Below are positions 1 through 8,444 of a stretch of DNA of 32,000 nt, piece by piece. The notes beneath the pieces are model-generated. The model was not told the origin of the DNA and did no database searches. It saw nothing but the letters and a program-made list of their open reading frames with translations. Position numbers and translations under genes: made by a program. The stretch lies in assembly GCF_000223395.1 (NCBI RefSeq), contig NC_015931.1, forward strand, positions 1,770,001-1,802,000, given 5' to 3'. Each line of letters opens with the position of its first letter. The stretch's first letter is position 1. The DNA is from Pyrolobus fumarii 1A. Its GTDB lineage: Archaea; Thermoproteota; Thermoprotei_A; Sulfolobales; Pyrodictiaceae.

Positions 1-1
1 T

Positions 2-235
2 GTTGAGGCTCGTGTTAGCGACGCTAGGCGTGTTGCCGAGGTTCTACGCTCCTCTGGTCTCGTTGAGAGGGTTGAGGTTGAGGGTGATGTTGTGAGAGCA
101 TGGGTTGCGCGTGACGCCGACACTAGTAGCGTCGTGAAGCTAATCTACGATGCGGGCGTCAACGTCTTATCTGTTGAGGCAAAGCGCGTTAGCCTCGAGG
201 ATGCTTATAGAAGGCTGGTTTCGGAGGCCCGATAG
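2..235 (+). CDS. ABC transporter ATP-binding protein, C-terminal fragment (5' end outside window)
   Basis: The frame is open from the window edge to TAG 233-235. The translation ends ...VNVLSVEAKRVSLEDAYRRLVSEAR, which resembles the LEDxF/Y C-terminal tail of ABC-2 type ATPases. The stop lies 2 nt before the start of the downstream permease ORF. Confidence 0.55.
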   Translation, partial: VEARVSDARRVAEVLRSSGLVERVEVEGDVVRAWVARDADTSSVVKLIYDAGVNVLSVEAKRVSLEDAYRRLVSEAR

Positions 236-237
236 CC

Positions 238-1191
238 ATGAGGGGGTTAACGCTACGCGGGTTGAAGAGCGTCGCAAAGTACGAGATAGCTAGGGAGTTG
301 AGGAAGAGGAGCATCTATGTGCTTGTAGTGCTAGCCTTCTTGCCGATACCAGTGACGCTACTAGTGAAGAGCATGATTGGCCAAGAGATGCTAGAGACGG
401 TCAAGAAGATTGCTCCGATACTCGGACTCGACCTTAGCCGCTTCTGGGCTGTCATGATGGGGTTTGAGAATCCACCTCCACAGCTTGCCCAGATCATGGC
501 ATTGCTGCACGTCGCTAGCCTGGCGGGCATGGCTTGGCTCATCGCGATACTATACGGGGGCGACCTCTTTGCATCCGATATCAGAGACAAGGCTATACAT
601 CTTCTACTCGTGAGGCCCATTACGCGCCTAGAGTACGTCGTAGCCAAGTTTGCTGTTGTGACGGGGCTACTCCTACTATTGTTCGAGGTGGCGGGGCTCG
701 TGCTCTACACGTGCGCCTGGATACTGTTCGGAGAGCAAACGGGTCTCCATGAGGTCATAGGGTTCTCGGCGCTACTAGCCATTAGCATACTCCCTCTGCT
801 ACTCACATCCGCCGCCATAGGCGCCGCAACACGCAACCCGCTACTCGGCATGCTGCTAGGCTTCGCAGTCTACTTCGCCTCGGGTATCATAGCAACAATC
901 GCGGCATTAGCAATGGTGCCCGACGCACTCGCGACACCAGAGGGTCTCGCAAAGCTACAGGAGGTTGCATACTCCATTAACGCCGCTAACCCTTACGGCG
1001 CAGGCTCGATACTGGGCCAGGCACTGTACGCTATGATGCACCACGAGGGTAAGATACCTCTTGCGCTACCCGGCTTAACAGTAGAGATTGCTGCTGAGCC
1101 GCTAGCCGCCACAGCCTCGGTGACACTCATCATCTCGACTATCGCGTTCATAGTGTTAAACTGGGCTCTCGTAACACTAAGAGACCTCTAG
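238..1191 (+). CDS. ABC-2 type transporter permease (multi-pass membrane protein)
   Basis: 317-aa ORF with about 6 hydrophobic helices. It is tightly coupled to the upstream ABC ATPase fragment and lacks soluble-domain motifs. Confidence 0.6.
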   Translation: MRGLTLRGLKSVAKYEIARELRKRSIYVLVVLAFLPIPVTLLVKSMIGQEMLETVKKIAPILGLDLSRFWAVMMGFENPPPQLAQIMALLHVASLAGMAWLIAILYGGDLFASDIRDKAIHLLLVRPITRLEYVVAKFAVVTGLLLLLFEVAGLVLYTCAWILFGEQTGLHEVIGFSALLAISILPLLLTSAAIGAATRNPLLGMLLGFAVYFASGIIATIAALAMVPDALATPEGLAKLQEVAYSINAANPYGAGSILGQALYAMMHHEGKIPLALPGLTVEIAAEPLAATASVTLIISTIAFIVLNWALVTLRDL

Positions 1192-1215
1192 GAGAAAGCA
1201 TAACATAATATTGCA

Positions 1216-1220
1216 TTTTT
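1216..1220. terminator. Oligo-T run in convergent intergenic gap
   Basis: A TTTTT run in an AT-rich spacer (ttgcatttttaaactcg) between the convergent permease and APC genes. This is the archaeal terminator style. Confidence 0.35.
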
Positions 1221-1309
1221 AAACTCGATATCTCAGCCTCTCACGCCCTGTAAAGGCCCTACACGCTGTCCACGGGCATCAGCATGGTAAACTCGAGAAG
1301 CGCGAGACT

Positions 1310-2968
1310 TCAACGTAGCCTCCTGTACCTCCTGGCTTTCTCTAACCACTTCTTCTCCTCCGTCGGAGTCGCATAGTGCAGGTGGAGTGGGTGACGTGGA
1401 GGTAGCCCCGCCTCCTTCGCTACCACCTCCTGCATCTCCATCCTCTCGCGTCCTCGTGGCGGTCTCTCGGTGACAACCAACACATCTACATCATGCGCCT
1501 GGTGGAGCTCCCCTCTAGCGACGCTACCGACCAGGTATACTCGCGCGTCGGGGTGGCGTGCTACTATCCTCTCGACGACGCGCGGCAGCCACCTATCAAC
1601 CTCCATGACGAGTTTCTCGCGCTGCATCAGCTCCTCGTCTATGTACTCTTTCAGCTTCTCGCCTGTCCTCACCAGACCCTCCATTATCGCGGTGTATAGG
1701 AAGACTACTACCGCGCCCACAATATACTCTGGGTGCGGCAAGCTGTTCGCGACGAGGATTATCGCTGAGGCTGTGCATACAGCTACGCCCAGGAGGGCTA
1801 GTACAGGGTTGGCGCGTGTGTATCTCCTGAGCCTATAGTTCGCCAGGTTGACAGCAGCGTATATGGTAAGGAATCCTAGGCTCCCTGCGATGCCGATAGC
1901 CTCCAGGGGGAGTGCAGCGACAGCAACAGCTGATGCTAGGCTTATGATAACCAGGCCCTCTGTCGCGCGCCCCCATACCCTCCTCCCGACTATTCTCGGT
2001 AGCTGGCCTAGCTTCGCGACAACGTAGCTGATGCGGGCTGTCCCGTATAGTGTCGCGTTTATAGCGCTGCTCGTCGAGACGAGTGCTGCTAGGCCTATCA
2101 ATACGAAGCCTATCTCGCCGAGAACGGGCTTGGCGGCAACCGCTAGAGCGTAGTCGCGGTACAGCTGGACTTCTTCTGGCGTTAGGTTCTCGGCTGCAGC
2201 GGCCGCCGTCAACATGTAGACCATCATCACGAAGATTACGGAGGCGTAGAGGGCTCTTGGTATCGTCCGCTCAGGCTCATAGACGTCCTTGGATGCATTG
2301 GCTATGAGCTCGAAGCCCTCGTAAGCCAGGAAGATGACAAGCCCTCCTACGAGCACGTTCAGAAGCGGAGGCCAGTTGACCGGCGAGAGTCTCTCGGGAT
2401 TTCCCATTATGAGGCCTATGCCGGAGAATAAGAGCAAGACACCAACCTTGAAGAGTACGAGTACATCCTCGACCTTGCCCACCACGTAGGCGCCAAGGGC
2501 GTTTAGGAGGGTGAAGAAGGCTATGATTATCCATGCGAACCCTGTGCGTGTCCACCAGTTCTCACCGCCAAGAAAGAGGCCAGACGCGTAGCTCCCGAAG
2601 GCATAGGCGTAGAGAGCAAGCATTATCACGTAGCTTGCGAGGAGAAGGATGTTTAGCCAGCCGGAGATGAAGCTCCTCCCAAAGGCCCTCACTATGAACT
2701 CTACCGTGCCGCCTTCGCTGGGGTAACGCACAGAGAGCTTAGCATAACTGTATGCCGTGATGAGCGCAACCAACCCGGCGAAGAGGAAGGCTAGAGGTGC
2801 TGCACCCCTCGCAAGCTCCAGGGTTAAACCCAGGACCGCGAATATACCACCGCCTATCATCCCCCCAACGCCTATCGAGAAAGCCTCTATGAACCCGATC
2901 TTCTTCTCGCTCAGTGCCCGCAAGCCTCCCCTCCCGCAGACCCGTAGAGAGGCCAGGCCGCGCTCCAC
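1310..2968 (-). CDS. APC-family amino acid/polyamine permease fused to a C-terminal minimal nucleotidyltransferase (MNT/Pol-beta-like) domain
   Basis: The N-terminal ~430 aa show typical APC features (FSIGVGGMIGGGIF, about 12 TM helices). The C-terminal ~115 aa are soluble and carry YLVGSVARGELHQAHDVDVLVV, matching the GS-x9-12-DxD nucleotidyltransferase signature. The ORF is continuous with no internal stop. Confidence 0.75.
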   Translation of the reverse strand: MERGLASLRVCGRGGLRALSEKKIGFIEAFSIGVGGMIGGGIFAVLGLTLELARGAAPLAFLFAGLVALITAYSYAKLSVRYPSEGGTVEFIVRAFGRSFISGWLNILLLASYVIMLALYAYAFGSYASGLFLGGENWWTRTGFAWIIIAFFTLLNALGAYVVGKVEDVLVLFKVGVLLLFSGIGLIMGNPERLSPVNWPPLLNVLVGGLVIFLAYEGFELIANASKDVYEPERTIPRALYASVIFVMMVYMLTAAAAAENLTPEEVQLYRDYALAVAAKPVLGEIGFVLIGLAALVSTSSAINATLYGTARISYVVAKLGQLPRIVGRRVWGRATEGLVIISLASAVAVAALPLEAIGIAGSLGFLTIYAAVNLANYRLRRYTRANPVLALLGVAVCTASAIILVANSLPHPEYIVGAVVVFLYTAIMEGLVRTGEKLKEYIDEELMQREKLVMEVDRWLPRVVERIVARHPDARVYLVGSVARGELHQAHDVDVLVVTERPPRGRERMEMQEVVAKEAGLPPRHPLHLHYATPTEEKKWLEKARRYRRLR

Positions 2969-3114
2969 GAATACATGTTGCAGGCTAGCCCGTCTTGTCG
3001 GGTAGAAGAGAGGTTCAAGCTCATGATGTACGCGGGTTATGACGCGTTGGTTCCCGTGTAAGCTCGTATTTTGATTGCTCGTTATTATCCTGGTGTCTGG
3101 GGAAGAGTGTAAGG

Positions 3115-4164
3115 GTGGGCTGGGCCGCCGCGATTCGGGAGATTAGCGTGACAGTTGTACGCTTCTGTCTCATCGAGGGTGACGGGATAGGCCCGGAGGT
3201 CTCTAGGGCTACGCTTCGCGTTCTTGAAGCCGTCTCGAAGAGGTTTGGTATTGGTTTTGAGCCTGTTCTGTGCGAGGCTGGCGACGAGGCCGCCAAGAGG
3301 AGGGGCTCGCCTCTCCCTGAGGAGACTCTCCGCAAGGCCAAGGAGATTGGTATCGTGTTGAAGGGCCCGGTTGGGGAGACCGCGGGGGAAGTCGTAACGG
3401 TGCTCCGTAGGGAGCTTGGGACGTACGCTGCTATCCGGCCGGCTAAGACTCTGCCTGGTGTCTCGCCCCGCTGTGGCAAGCCGCTTGACGTGGTAATAGT
3501 GAGAGAGCTTCTGGAGGGCGTGTATGTCCAGACCGAGTATGTTGATGTTGTCTCGAATAGCTTCGCGGTTGCGCTCCGTGTAGCCTCGGCGCGTGAGACC
3601 GAGAGAGTCGCGAGGCTAGCGGCTAGGATAGCCAGGGGGCGTAGAGGGATAGTCTCTATCATACACAAGGCTAACGTGCTTCACGGTACGTGTGGCCTCT
3701 TCCGCGATGTAGCGAAGAGGGTGCTAGAAGAGGAGGGGGTGGTCGTCGAGGAGTATTATGTGGATGCTGCGGCTGCACTCCTGGTGAGAACCCCAGAGCG
3801 CTTTGACGTGATGCTAACGCCAAACCTCTTCGGCGACATACTCAGCGACTTGGCCGCAGAGCTTGCTGGCAGCCTTGGCCTCTCGCCATCAGCCAACGTC
3901 GGCGACAAGACCGGCATATTCGAGCCGGTGCACGGCGCGGCATTCGACATAGCCGGGATGGGCATCGCGAATCCAACAGCAATGATGCTAGCAGCCGCCA
4001 TGATGCTAGACTGGCTGGGTTACCGCGACGCGGCTCGCGCTATCGAGAAGGCGATAGAGGATGCTCTAGCCTCCGGCGCGCGTACACCAGACCTTGGAGG
4101 CAACTTGAAGACCATGGAGTTTGCAGAGGAGGTTGCAAAGAGGATAGAAGCTGGTAACGCCTAA
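3115..4164 (+). CDS. Isocitrate/3-isopropylmalate/homoisocitrate dehydrogenase family (beta-decarboxylating dehydrogenase)
   Basis: Motifs IEGDGIGPEV, LKGPVGET, YAAIRPAK and NLFGDILSDLAAELAGSLGLSPSANVG are present. An alternative GTG start at 3148 would give the usual short N-terminus. Substrate specificity cannot be assigned by eye. Confidence 0.85.
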   Translation: MGWAAAIREISVTVVRFCLIEGDGIGPEVSRATLRVLEAVSKRFGIGFEPVLCEAGDEAAKRRGSPLPEETLRKAKEIGIVLKGPVGETAGEVVTVLRRELGTYAAIRPAKTLPGVSPRCGKPLDVVIVRELLEGVYVQTEYVDVVSNSFAVALRVASARETERVARLAARIARGRRGIVSIIHKANVLHGTCGLFRDVAKRVLEEEGVVVEEYYVDAAAALLVRTPERFDVMLTPNLFGDILSDLAAELAGSLGLSPSANVGDKTGIFEPVHGAAFDIAGMGIANPTAMMLAAAMMLDWLGYRDAARAIEKAIEDALASGARTPDLGGNLKTMEFAEEVAKRIEAGNA

Positions 4165-4187
4165 CGACCGCGTAGGGCGTGCGCGTC

Positions 4188-4192
4188 TTTTT
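4188..4192 (+). terminator. Oligo-T terminator after the dehydrogenase gene
   Basis: A TTTTT run (gcgtctttttcac) lies 24 nt after the TAA stop. Confidence 0.35.
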
Positions 4193-4277
4193 CACTGATA
4201 CGTCAAGGGGCCTTTTGCGAGGAGACGGGCTCAGATAGCGCCTTGCGCCTTTCTGTGACAGCTGTTGTGCCACGTTG

Positions 4278-4284
4278 TATATTA
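4278..4284 (+). promoter_or_regulatory. TATA box for the aIF2-beta gene
   Basis: TATATTA lies 27-33 nt upstream of the in-frame GTG at 4311. This implies a nearly leaderless mRNA and makes the ORF-track start at 4275 (inside the TATA box) unlikely. Confidence 0.5.
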
Positions 4285-4310
4285 GGTATTGGCGGTTGTC
4301 GTGTGTTAGG

Positions 4311-4778
4311 GTGAGGTTCTTGGAGGCTACGCAGACGACTGCACGCGTTAAGAACGTCAAGTTGCTCTACGACTATGACTATCTCTTGAAGAGGTTGTAC
4401 GAGAGGTTGCCCACTAAGGGTGCTAAGGCGACTAGGTTCGAGGTGCCAAGGCTTGCCGTTGTGAGGGTGGGCGGCAAGACGATCATACGTAACTTCCGTG
4501 AGATTTGTGACGCGTTGAGGAGAGAGCCTAGGCTTGTAATGAGGTACTTGCTCCGCGAGCTTGCCACCAGCGGTACGTATGACGACGAGAGTGGCGCGCT
4601 GACGCTGAACATACGCGTACAATCACAGACGCTCAACGCGCTCATGGATAGGTTTGTGAAGACCTATGTCATATGCCCGACTTGCGGCGCTCCAGACACT
4701 AGGCTCGAGAAGCGCGGGAGAACATGGGTGCTCATATGCGAGGCGTGTGGCGCTGAGCAGCCAGTGCCGACCTTCTAA
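4311..4778 (+). CDS. eif2b: Translation initiation factor aIF-2 beta subunit
   Basis: LLYDYDYLLKRLYERLP... is followed by a C-terminal zinc ribbon, CPTCGAPDTRLEKRGRTWVLICEACGA, typical of the eIF2-beta/eIF5 family. The start was moved to GTG 4311 because of the TATA position. Confidence 0.85.
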   Translation: MRFLEATQTTARVKNVKLLYDYDYLLKRLYERLPTKGAKATRFEVPRLAVVRVGGKTIIRNFREICDALRREPRLVMRYLLRELATSGTYDDESGALTLNIRVQSQTLNALMDRFVKTYVICPTCGAPDTRLEKRGRTWVLICEACGAEQPVPTF

Positions 4779-4785
4779 AACGCCG

Positions 4786-4790
4786 TTTTT
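4786..4790 (+). terminator. Oligo-T terminator after aIF2-beta
   Basis: A TTTTT run lies 8 nt after the TAA stop. Confidence 0.4.
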
Positions 4791-4791
4791 A

Positions 4792-4844
4792 ACGCTCATA
4801 GGGCTACCACGGCACCACCGGTTATAGCCTAGGGCTATGAGCGT
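4792..4844. other. Imperfect hairpin (10-bp outer stem plus 5-bp inner stem)
   Basis: acgctcatag (4792-4801) pairs with ctatgagcgt (4835-4844). Inside it, ggcta (4802-4806) pairs with tagcc (4825-4829). Confidence 0.4.
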
Positions 4845-4865
4845 GTCTCACGGTGTGAGGTTCTC

Positions 4866-5237
4866 GTGGTTATCTACTGGGAGCGTTGCAGTGTATGCGT
4901 GAGGCACCTGCCTACCAAGACTTGCTGGCTGCACCCAGAGCTTAACGTGTGTGCACAGTGTTGTGTCATGTGCCCGGAGAGGAGCATATGCCCTAACCCG
5001 GTGTGGTACGCCGAGCTAGGCGAGGCGCCAAGCCTGCAAGAGGAGAGAGCCGCCACGCCTATCAGCGTGGGAGCCGAGCATGTTGAGGTCAAGCAGCCTG
5101 CTGCCCCGGCATCTATAGCAACAGCCGCGGGAGGAGAGAGCGCAGCAACCGCTGCAACGCCCACCAGGAAGAGGCTCAGTGACGAGAAGAGGAAGAAGCT
5201 AGAAGAGCTCTTGAAGAAGCTTAGCGAGAAGGGATGA
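4866..5237 (+). CDS. Hypothetical Cys-rich protein with a Lys/Glu-rich tail
   Basis: 123-aa ORF with a GTG start. The N-terminus has 9 Cys (CSVC...C...CAQCCVMCPERSIC), the middle is Ala-rich low complexity, and the C-terminus is RKRLSDEKRKKLEELLKKLSEKG. I recognise no family. Confidence 0.4.
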   Translation: MVIYWERCSVCVRHLPTKTCWLHPELNVCAQCCVMCPERSICPNPVWYAELGEAPSLQEERAATPISVGAEHVEVKQPAAPASIATAAGGESAATAATPTRKRLSDEKRKKLEELLKKLSEKG

Positions 5238-5332
5238 GAACCACGCGTATAACTACATGCCTCTCGACCCCTAAGGGTGAAGAGGGTAGTATAGCCTAGT
5301 GCTTGTAGTGAGGGTGTAGTGTTTTGGTTAGG

Positions 5333-6082
5333 ATGGTCTACCCTGCTGCCACGAAGTTCAAGTACATAATGCAGACGATAGCAAAGGTGCTCGACCAGGT
5401 ACCCTTCATGGCTGACCCAGAGGAGGGGCTCGTAGTCAAGGCTCTTAGCGCCGACAAGACAACAATGGTGGTGATGAAGATCCCCCTGGGCGCCTTTGAA
5501 GAGTTCGACGCGCCTGAAAAGAAGGGTTTCATAGTACCAGCCGACGAGCTTAACAAGGTGGCGAAGAGAGGCACGAGGAACGATATAGTCGAGATTGTCG
5601 TCGAGGAGGACCAGAGGCGTCTACGCGTAAACTTCATTGACAAGAAGACTGGCGTACGCAGGACCTTCTATGTGCCGCTGATCGAGGGTGTTGTCGAGGA
5701 GCTTACAGAGCCTCAGGTGGAGCTCACGGTAACCGCCCAGATGAGCGCAGATGACTTCAAGCATATTGTTAGAGATGCGAAGATTGTAAGCGACGAGGTC
5801 GAGTTTGTTGCTGAGCAGGACCGCTTGATAGCGAGGACGGTAACGCCGCAAAAAGAGTATTACAACATAATGGAGGTTGGGAGGCCGCTCATAACCTACG
5901 AGGTGCGTACCAACCCGCCTGTAGTCTCCAAGTACGCTGTGGACTTGCTACAGTCGAGCCTAAAGGCCACACAGGCAGCCTCAACGGCCACCATAGAGTT
6001 TGGTGAGGCACTGCCAATGCGGATAACGTTTGACCTCCCCGGCGGAGGCACCCTAGTGTACTGGATATCCCCGAGGATGTGA
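5333..6082 (+). CDS. pcn: DNA polymerase sliding clamp (PCNA)
   Basis: About 249 aa starting MVYPAATKFKYIMQTIAKVLD. The two-domain clamp pattern and length match crenarchaeal PCNA. ATG 5333 is preferred over the TTG at 5324. Confidence 0.85.
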   Translation: MVYPAATKFKYIMQTIAKVLDQVPFMADPEEGLVVKALSADKTTMVVMKIPLGAFEEFDAPEKKGFIVPADELNKVAKRGTRNDIVEIVVEEDQRRLRVNFIDKKTGVRRTFYVPLIEGVVEELTEPQVELTVTAQMSADDFKHIVRDAKIVSDEVEFVAEQDRLIARTVTPQKEYYNIMEVGRPLITYEVRTNPPVVSKYAVDLLQSSLKATQAASTATIEFGEALPMRITFDLPGGGTLVYWISPRM

Positions 6083-6097
6083 AACTCGGTGCCATGC

Positions 6098-6102
6098 TTT
6101 TT
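6098..6102. terminator. Oligo-T run in the convergent gap between PCNA and nadA
   Basis: A TTTTT run (gccatgctttttctc) lies 16 nt after the PCNA TGA stop. Confidence 0.35.
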
Positions 6103-6182
6103 CTCGTCCTCACGGCTCATCGTTAGGGACACAGTAGAGCTGGGTGGCGCCCGGGAAGCGCGTAGTTTGACCCCACGGAGTC

Positions 6183-7130
6183 CTAGCTGCGTGTGACTAT
6201 CCGCACACTCTCCTCTATCACTTCGCGCGCTCTTCTAGCCACGTTTGGGTCTACACGCACCTTTGGCTCCATCTTCTCCAGCGCATCCGCTATCGCTTGC
6301 AGCGTTATCTTCTTCATGTCTATACAGACCGCTATTGGGTTAAGGGGCTCTACGCGCACACCTGGGTTTAGCCTCCTCGCGCGGTAGACCAGACCCTCCT
6401 CTGTGCCGAGAAGGACGACACTCCTATCCCGGAATTTCGCAACCGCCCTTATCATCTGGCTCGTGCTGCCAACAAAGTCGGCCATTCTCCTCGACTCTCT
6501 CGGCGCCTCCGGGTGGACCAGTATCGCCGCCCGGTCGCCCCACTTCTCCCTAGCCTTGCGCACATAGTATGGCGAGATGAGAAACTCGTGTACTGGGCAA
6601 TGTCCGCGCGTCGGCACCGGCACCGTCTTCACACCGGTAACCTCCTCTACATACTCGGCAAGGTTCCTATCGGGACCGAACACTATCTTCTCTACACCCT
6701 CCCGGGCTAGTATCGATGCAAGCTTAGCCGCCGATGCGCTGGTAACCACGTAGTCGGCTTCAGCCTTAGCCCACAACGGCGAGTTAACATAGACGAGGAA
6801 TGGTGCCCCCGGATGCTCCTCACGAGCCCTAGCAACATCCTCCCGCGCCAGGCTATCAGCTAGAGGGCAGCCAGCTTCGGGCACCGGGTGCAACACTACA
6901 CGATCCGGGTTAAGGGCAGCCGCCATCTCAGCCATAAACCTCACACCAGCGAACACTATCACGTCGGCATCGGTCTCCATCGCCGCCCTTGCAAGCTCCA
7001 GACTATCACCGACCAAGTCAGCCACATCCTGGACCTCCGGAAGCTGATAATTGTGCGCGAGTATCACAGCCCTACGCTTCTCTTTCAACCTCGCTATCTT
7101 CTCGCGCAGCTCCTCAATGAACCCAGACAT
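6183..7130 (-). CDS. nadA: Quinolinate synthase A
   Basis: ILAHNYQLPEVQDVADLVGDSLELA, GVRFMAEMAA and AGCPLA are typical NadA motifs. The start was moved to ATG 7130 (MSGFIEELREKI...). The 38-codon upstream extension in the ORF track is W/C-rich and looks non-coding. Confidence 0.85.
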   Translation of the reverse strand: MSGFIEELREKIARLKEKRRAVILAHNYQLPEVQDVADLVGDSLELARAAMETDADVIVFAGVRFMAEMAAALNPDRVVLHPVPEAGCPLADSLAREDVARAREEHPGAPFLVYVNSPLWAKAEADYVVTSASAAKLASILAREGVEKIVFGPDRNLAEYVEEVTGVKTVPVPTRGHCPVHEFLISPYYVRKAREKWGDRAAILVHPEAPRESRRMADFVGSTSQMIRAVAKFRDRSVVLLGTEEGLVYRARRLNPGVRVEPLNPIAVCIDMKKITLQAIADALEKMEPKVRVDPNVARRAREVIEESVRIVTRS

Positions 7131-7283
7131 GACACACCCAGACCAGACAAACTCCGCACAACGATACCATGCTACAAGCGTAACTCTAGACCAGCAAGCC
7201 CATGGACCACACCAGCTTTTGACACCACCCCCAACACCAAGCAAGAGAGGAGAGTGCTGCCAACCAGCTATCCACCTGCCAGT

Positions 7284-7336
7284 TCAGCAGAATCACCCGA
7301 CAATACAAGACTCTCGGTTCGGCTCAACCTCATCAC
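7284..7336 (-). ncRNA. Weak candidate C/D box sRNA
   Basis: The minus strand reads GUGAUGA (7336-7330), then a 12-nt guide ggttgagccgaa, then CCGA (D'-like), then 26 nt, then CUGA (7287-7284). The total is 53 nt, and the flanks ctag/ctgg can form a short terminal stem. The C' box is poor. Confidence 0.2.
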
Positions 7337-7396
7337 TCTAGACTCGAAATGGTCTAAAGGCGAGGATTGAGGGGTGGAAGTTGAGGTAGAAAAGCT

Positions 7397-7876
7397 TCAG
7401 GAGGGGAAAGGCACGTAAACAACGCTTGGAGGATGTCCTATCTCATCATGTATTATTTTGCCGCCTAGATAGGTTATGTCTGGTGCTATCATCACCACTC
7501 TTTTACGAACCGGGTTTTTGACATAATTCTTGATCAGAACTTTAAGCGCTTGATACGTCTCTTCGCGGGAAAGCAGCAAGGTTATATGTGGAATAAAGAC
7601 GAGCACCAAGCCTTCAGGGTACACGTACTCGACAGCCTTAATCCTCTCTAAAATCCTGACAATAGTGATGTCATCCAAGCGTTTCATGATCATTGATGGT
7701 ATAGAGGGGTCTAACTCGCCATTATAGTCTATGTCTTCCAGCTCCGAATCCAAGAGATGTACGTACGTCATGACTAGATTCAACAAGTCCATTCCCATTT
7801 CGGCAATATCGAGGTTGATTAGAGGAACACCATACAACTTACTAATCTCCTTCATATCCTCCTTCACTGCGTGCAC
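7397..7876 (-). CDS. Hypothetical protein in an AT-rich islet
   Basis: 159-aa ORF with a GTG start. ATG 7855 is more likely because a minus-strand TATA-like gatatatga lies at about 7889-7897. I recognise no motif, and the codon composition is clearly more AT-rich than in neighbouring genes. Confidence 0.45.
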   Translation of the reverse strand: MHAVKEDMKEISKLYGVPLINLDIAEMGMDLLNLVMTYVHLLDSELEDIDYNGELDPSIPSMIMKRLDDITIVRILERIKAVEYVYPEGLVLVFIPHITLLLSREETYQALKVLIKNYVKNPVRKRVVMIAPDITYLGGKIIHDEIGHPPSVVYVPFPS

Positions 7877-8156
7877 AAGAGCCTCATATATCGAGCTTCT
7901 AGAGACTTTCTTAATGGCTTTTCTATACGCGGAAAGATGATGTTTATACCGCTTATACCTTCACCTCCAGTCCTTCTATTAGCTTCTAGCGTGTCTACTA
8001 ACCAGAGTTTTAGGTTCTTAACCTCCTCCATGCAGGGGCACCATGTAATGTATCTGCAACAATACTTTGTAAATCTTATGTGTAGTAGGTGCTACATTGT
8101 ATCACCATTTCGAGCTCATCGAAGGGGGTTTGCCTTCAAGCATAGAGCGCCTGCTT

Positions 8157-8396
8157 TTAACTGTGGTTATGCTTGTCTCTTCTGTTCTCGGCACTCTCGT
8201 AGACTGGTTCGAGTATGATCCTCCCTGTCTCCTCGTCGAGGTGCACCCGGTACGCGACTATCCTCAGCTTCTCTACAAGGTAGAGGGGGACGCGTACCTT
8301 CACGTAGCTCTCCCTGTACCTCCTGCCCCTCACCGTCTTCGTGGTGAGCGTGAGCTTCACGACCCTCTCCCGGCGCTCGGGCAACGCGCCCTCCAT
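8157..8396 (-). CDS. Small putative DNA-binding protein (AbrB/SpoVT-like swapped-hairpin pattern)
   Basis: 80 aa from ATG 8396: MEGALPERRERVVKLTLTTKTVRGRRYRESYVKVRVPLYLVEKLRIVAYRVHLDEETGRIILEPV. The VxVPxxLxExL...GxxV...G.IILxP pattern resembles AbrB/MazE-type proteins. A TATA-like tttaataa lies about 20 nt upstream on the minus strand. Confidence 0.4.
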   Translation of the reverse strand: MEGALPERRERVVKLTLTTKTVRGRRYRESYVKVRVPLYLVEKLRIVAYRVHLDEETGRIILEPVYESAENRRDKHNHS

Positions 8397-8398
8397 TG

Positions 8399-8444
8399 TA
8401 GCGTACGCTAGACGCTTATTAAACGCTATTGTGGCATACGCTAC
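8399..8444. promoter_or_regulatory. Divergent promoter with palindromic putative operator sites
   Basis: The 12-nt perfect palindrome TAGCGTACGCTA (8399-8410) and the related GCATACGCTA (8435-8444) flank the AT-rich TATA element cttattaaa (8414-8422). They lie between the divergent ORFs 8157-8396 (-) and 8429-8806 (+). Confidence 0.4.

Noticed and set aside
3021-3668. A 215-aa minus-strand ORF.
   Set aside because: It is antisense to the dehydrogenase gene, which has strong family motifs. It is Ser/Thr/Arg/Pro-rich with no recognisable domain.
7131-7244. The N-terminal extension of nadA in the ORF track. Similar extensions occur at 4275-4310 for aIF2-beta, 16408-16482 for csx1 and 26168-26281 for the MetE-like gene.
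   Set aside because: The extensions are Trp/Cys/Arg-rich or overlap TATA boxes or upstream genes. Family-typical N-termini begin at the internal start codons.
7871-8411. Plus-strand ORFs of 115 and 104 aa across the AT-rich islet and the AbrB-like gene.
   Set aside because: They overlap better-supported minus-strand features, have no promoter-like element at the right distance, and translate into low-complexity, Cys/Phe/Ser-rich sequence.
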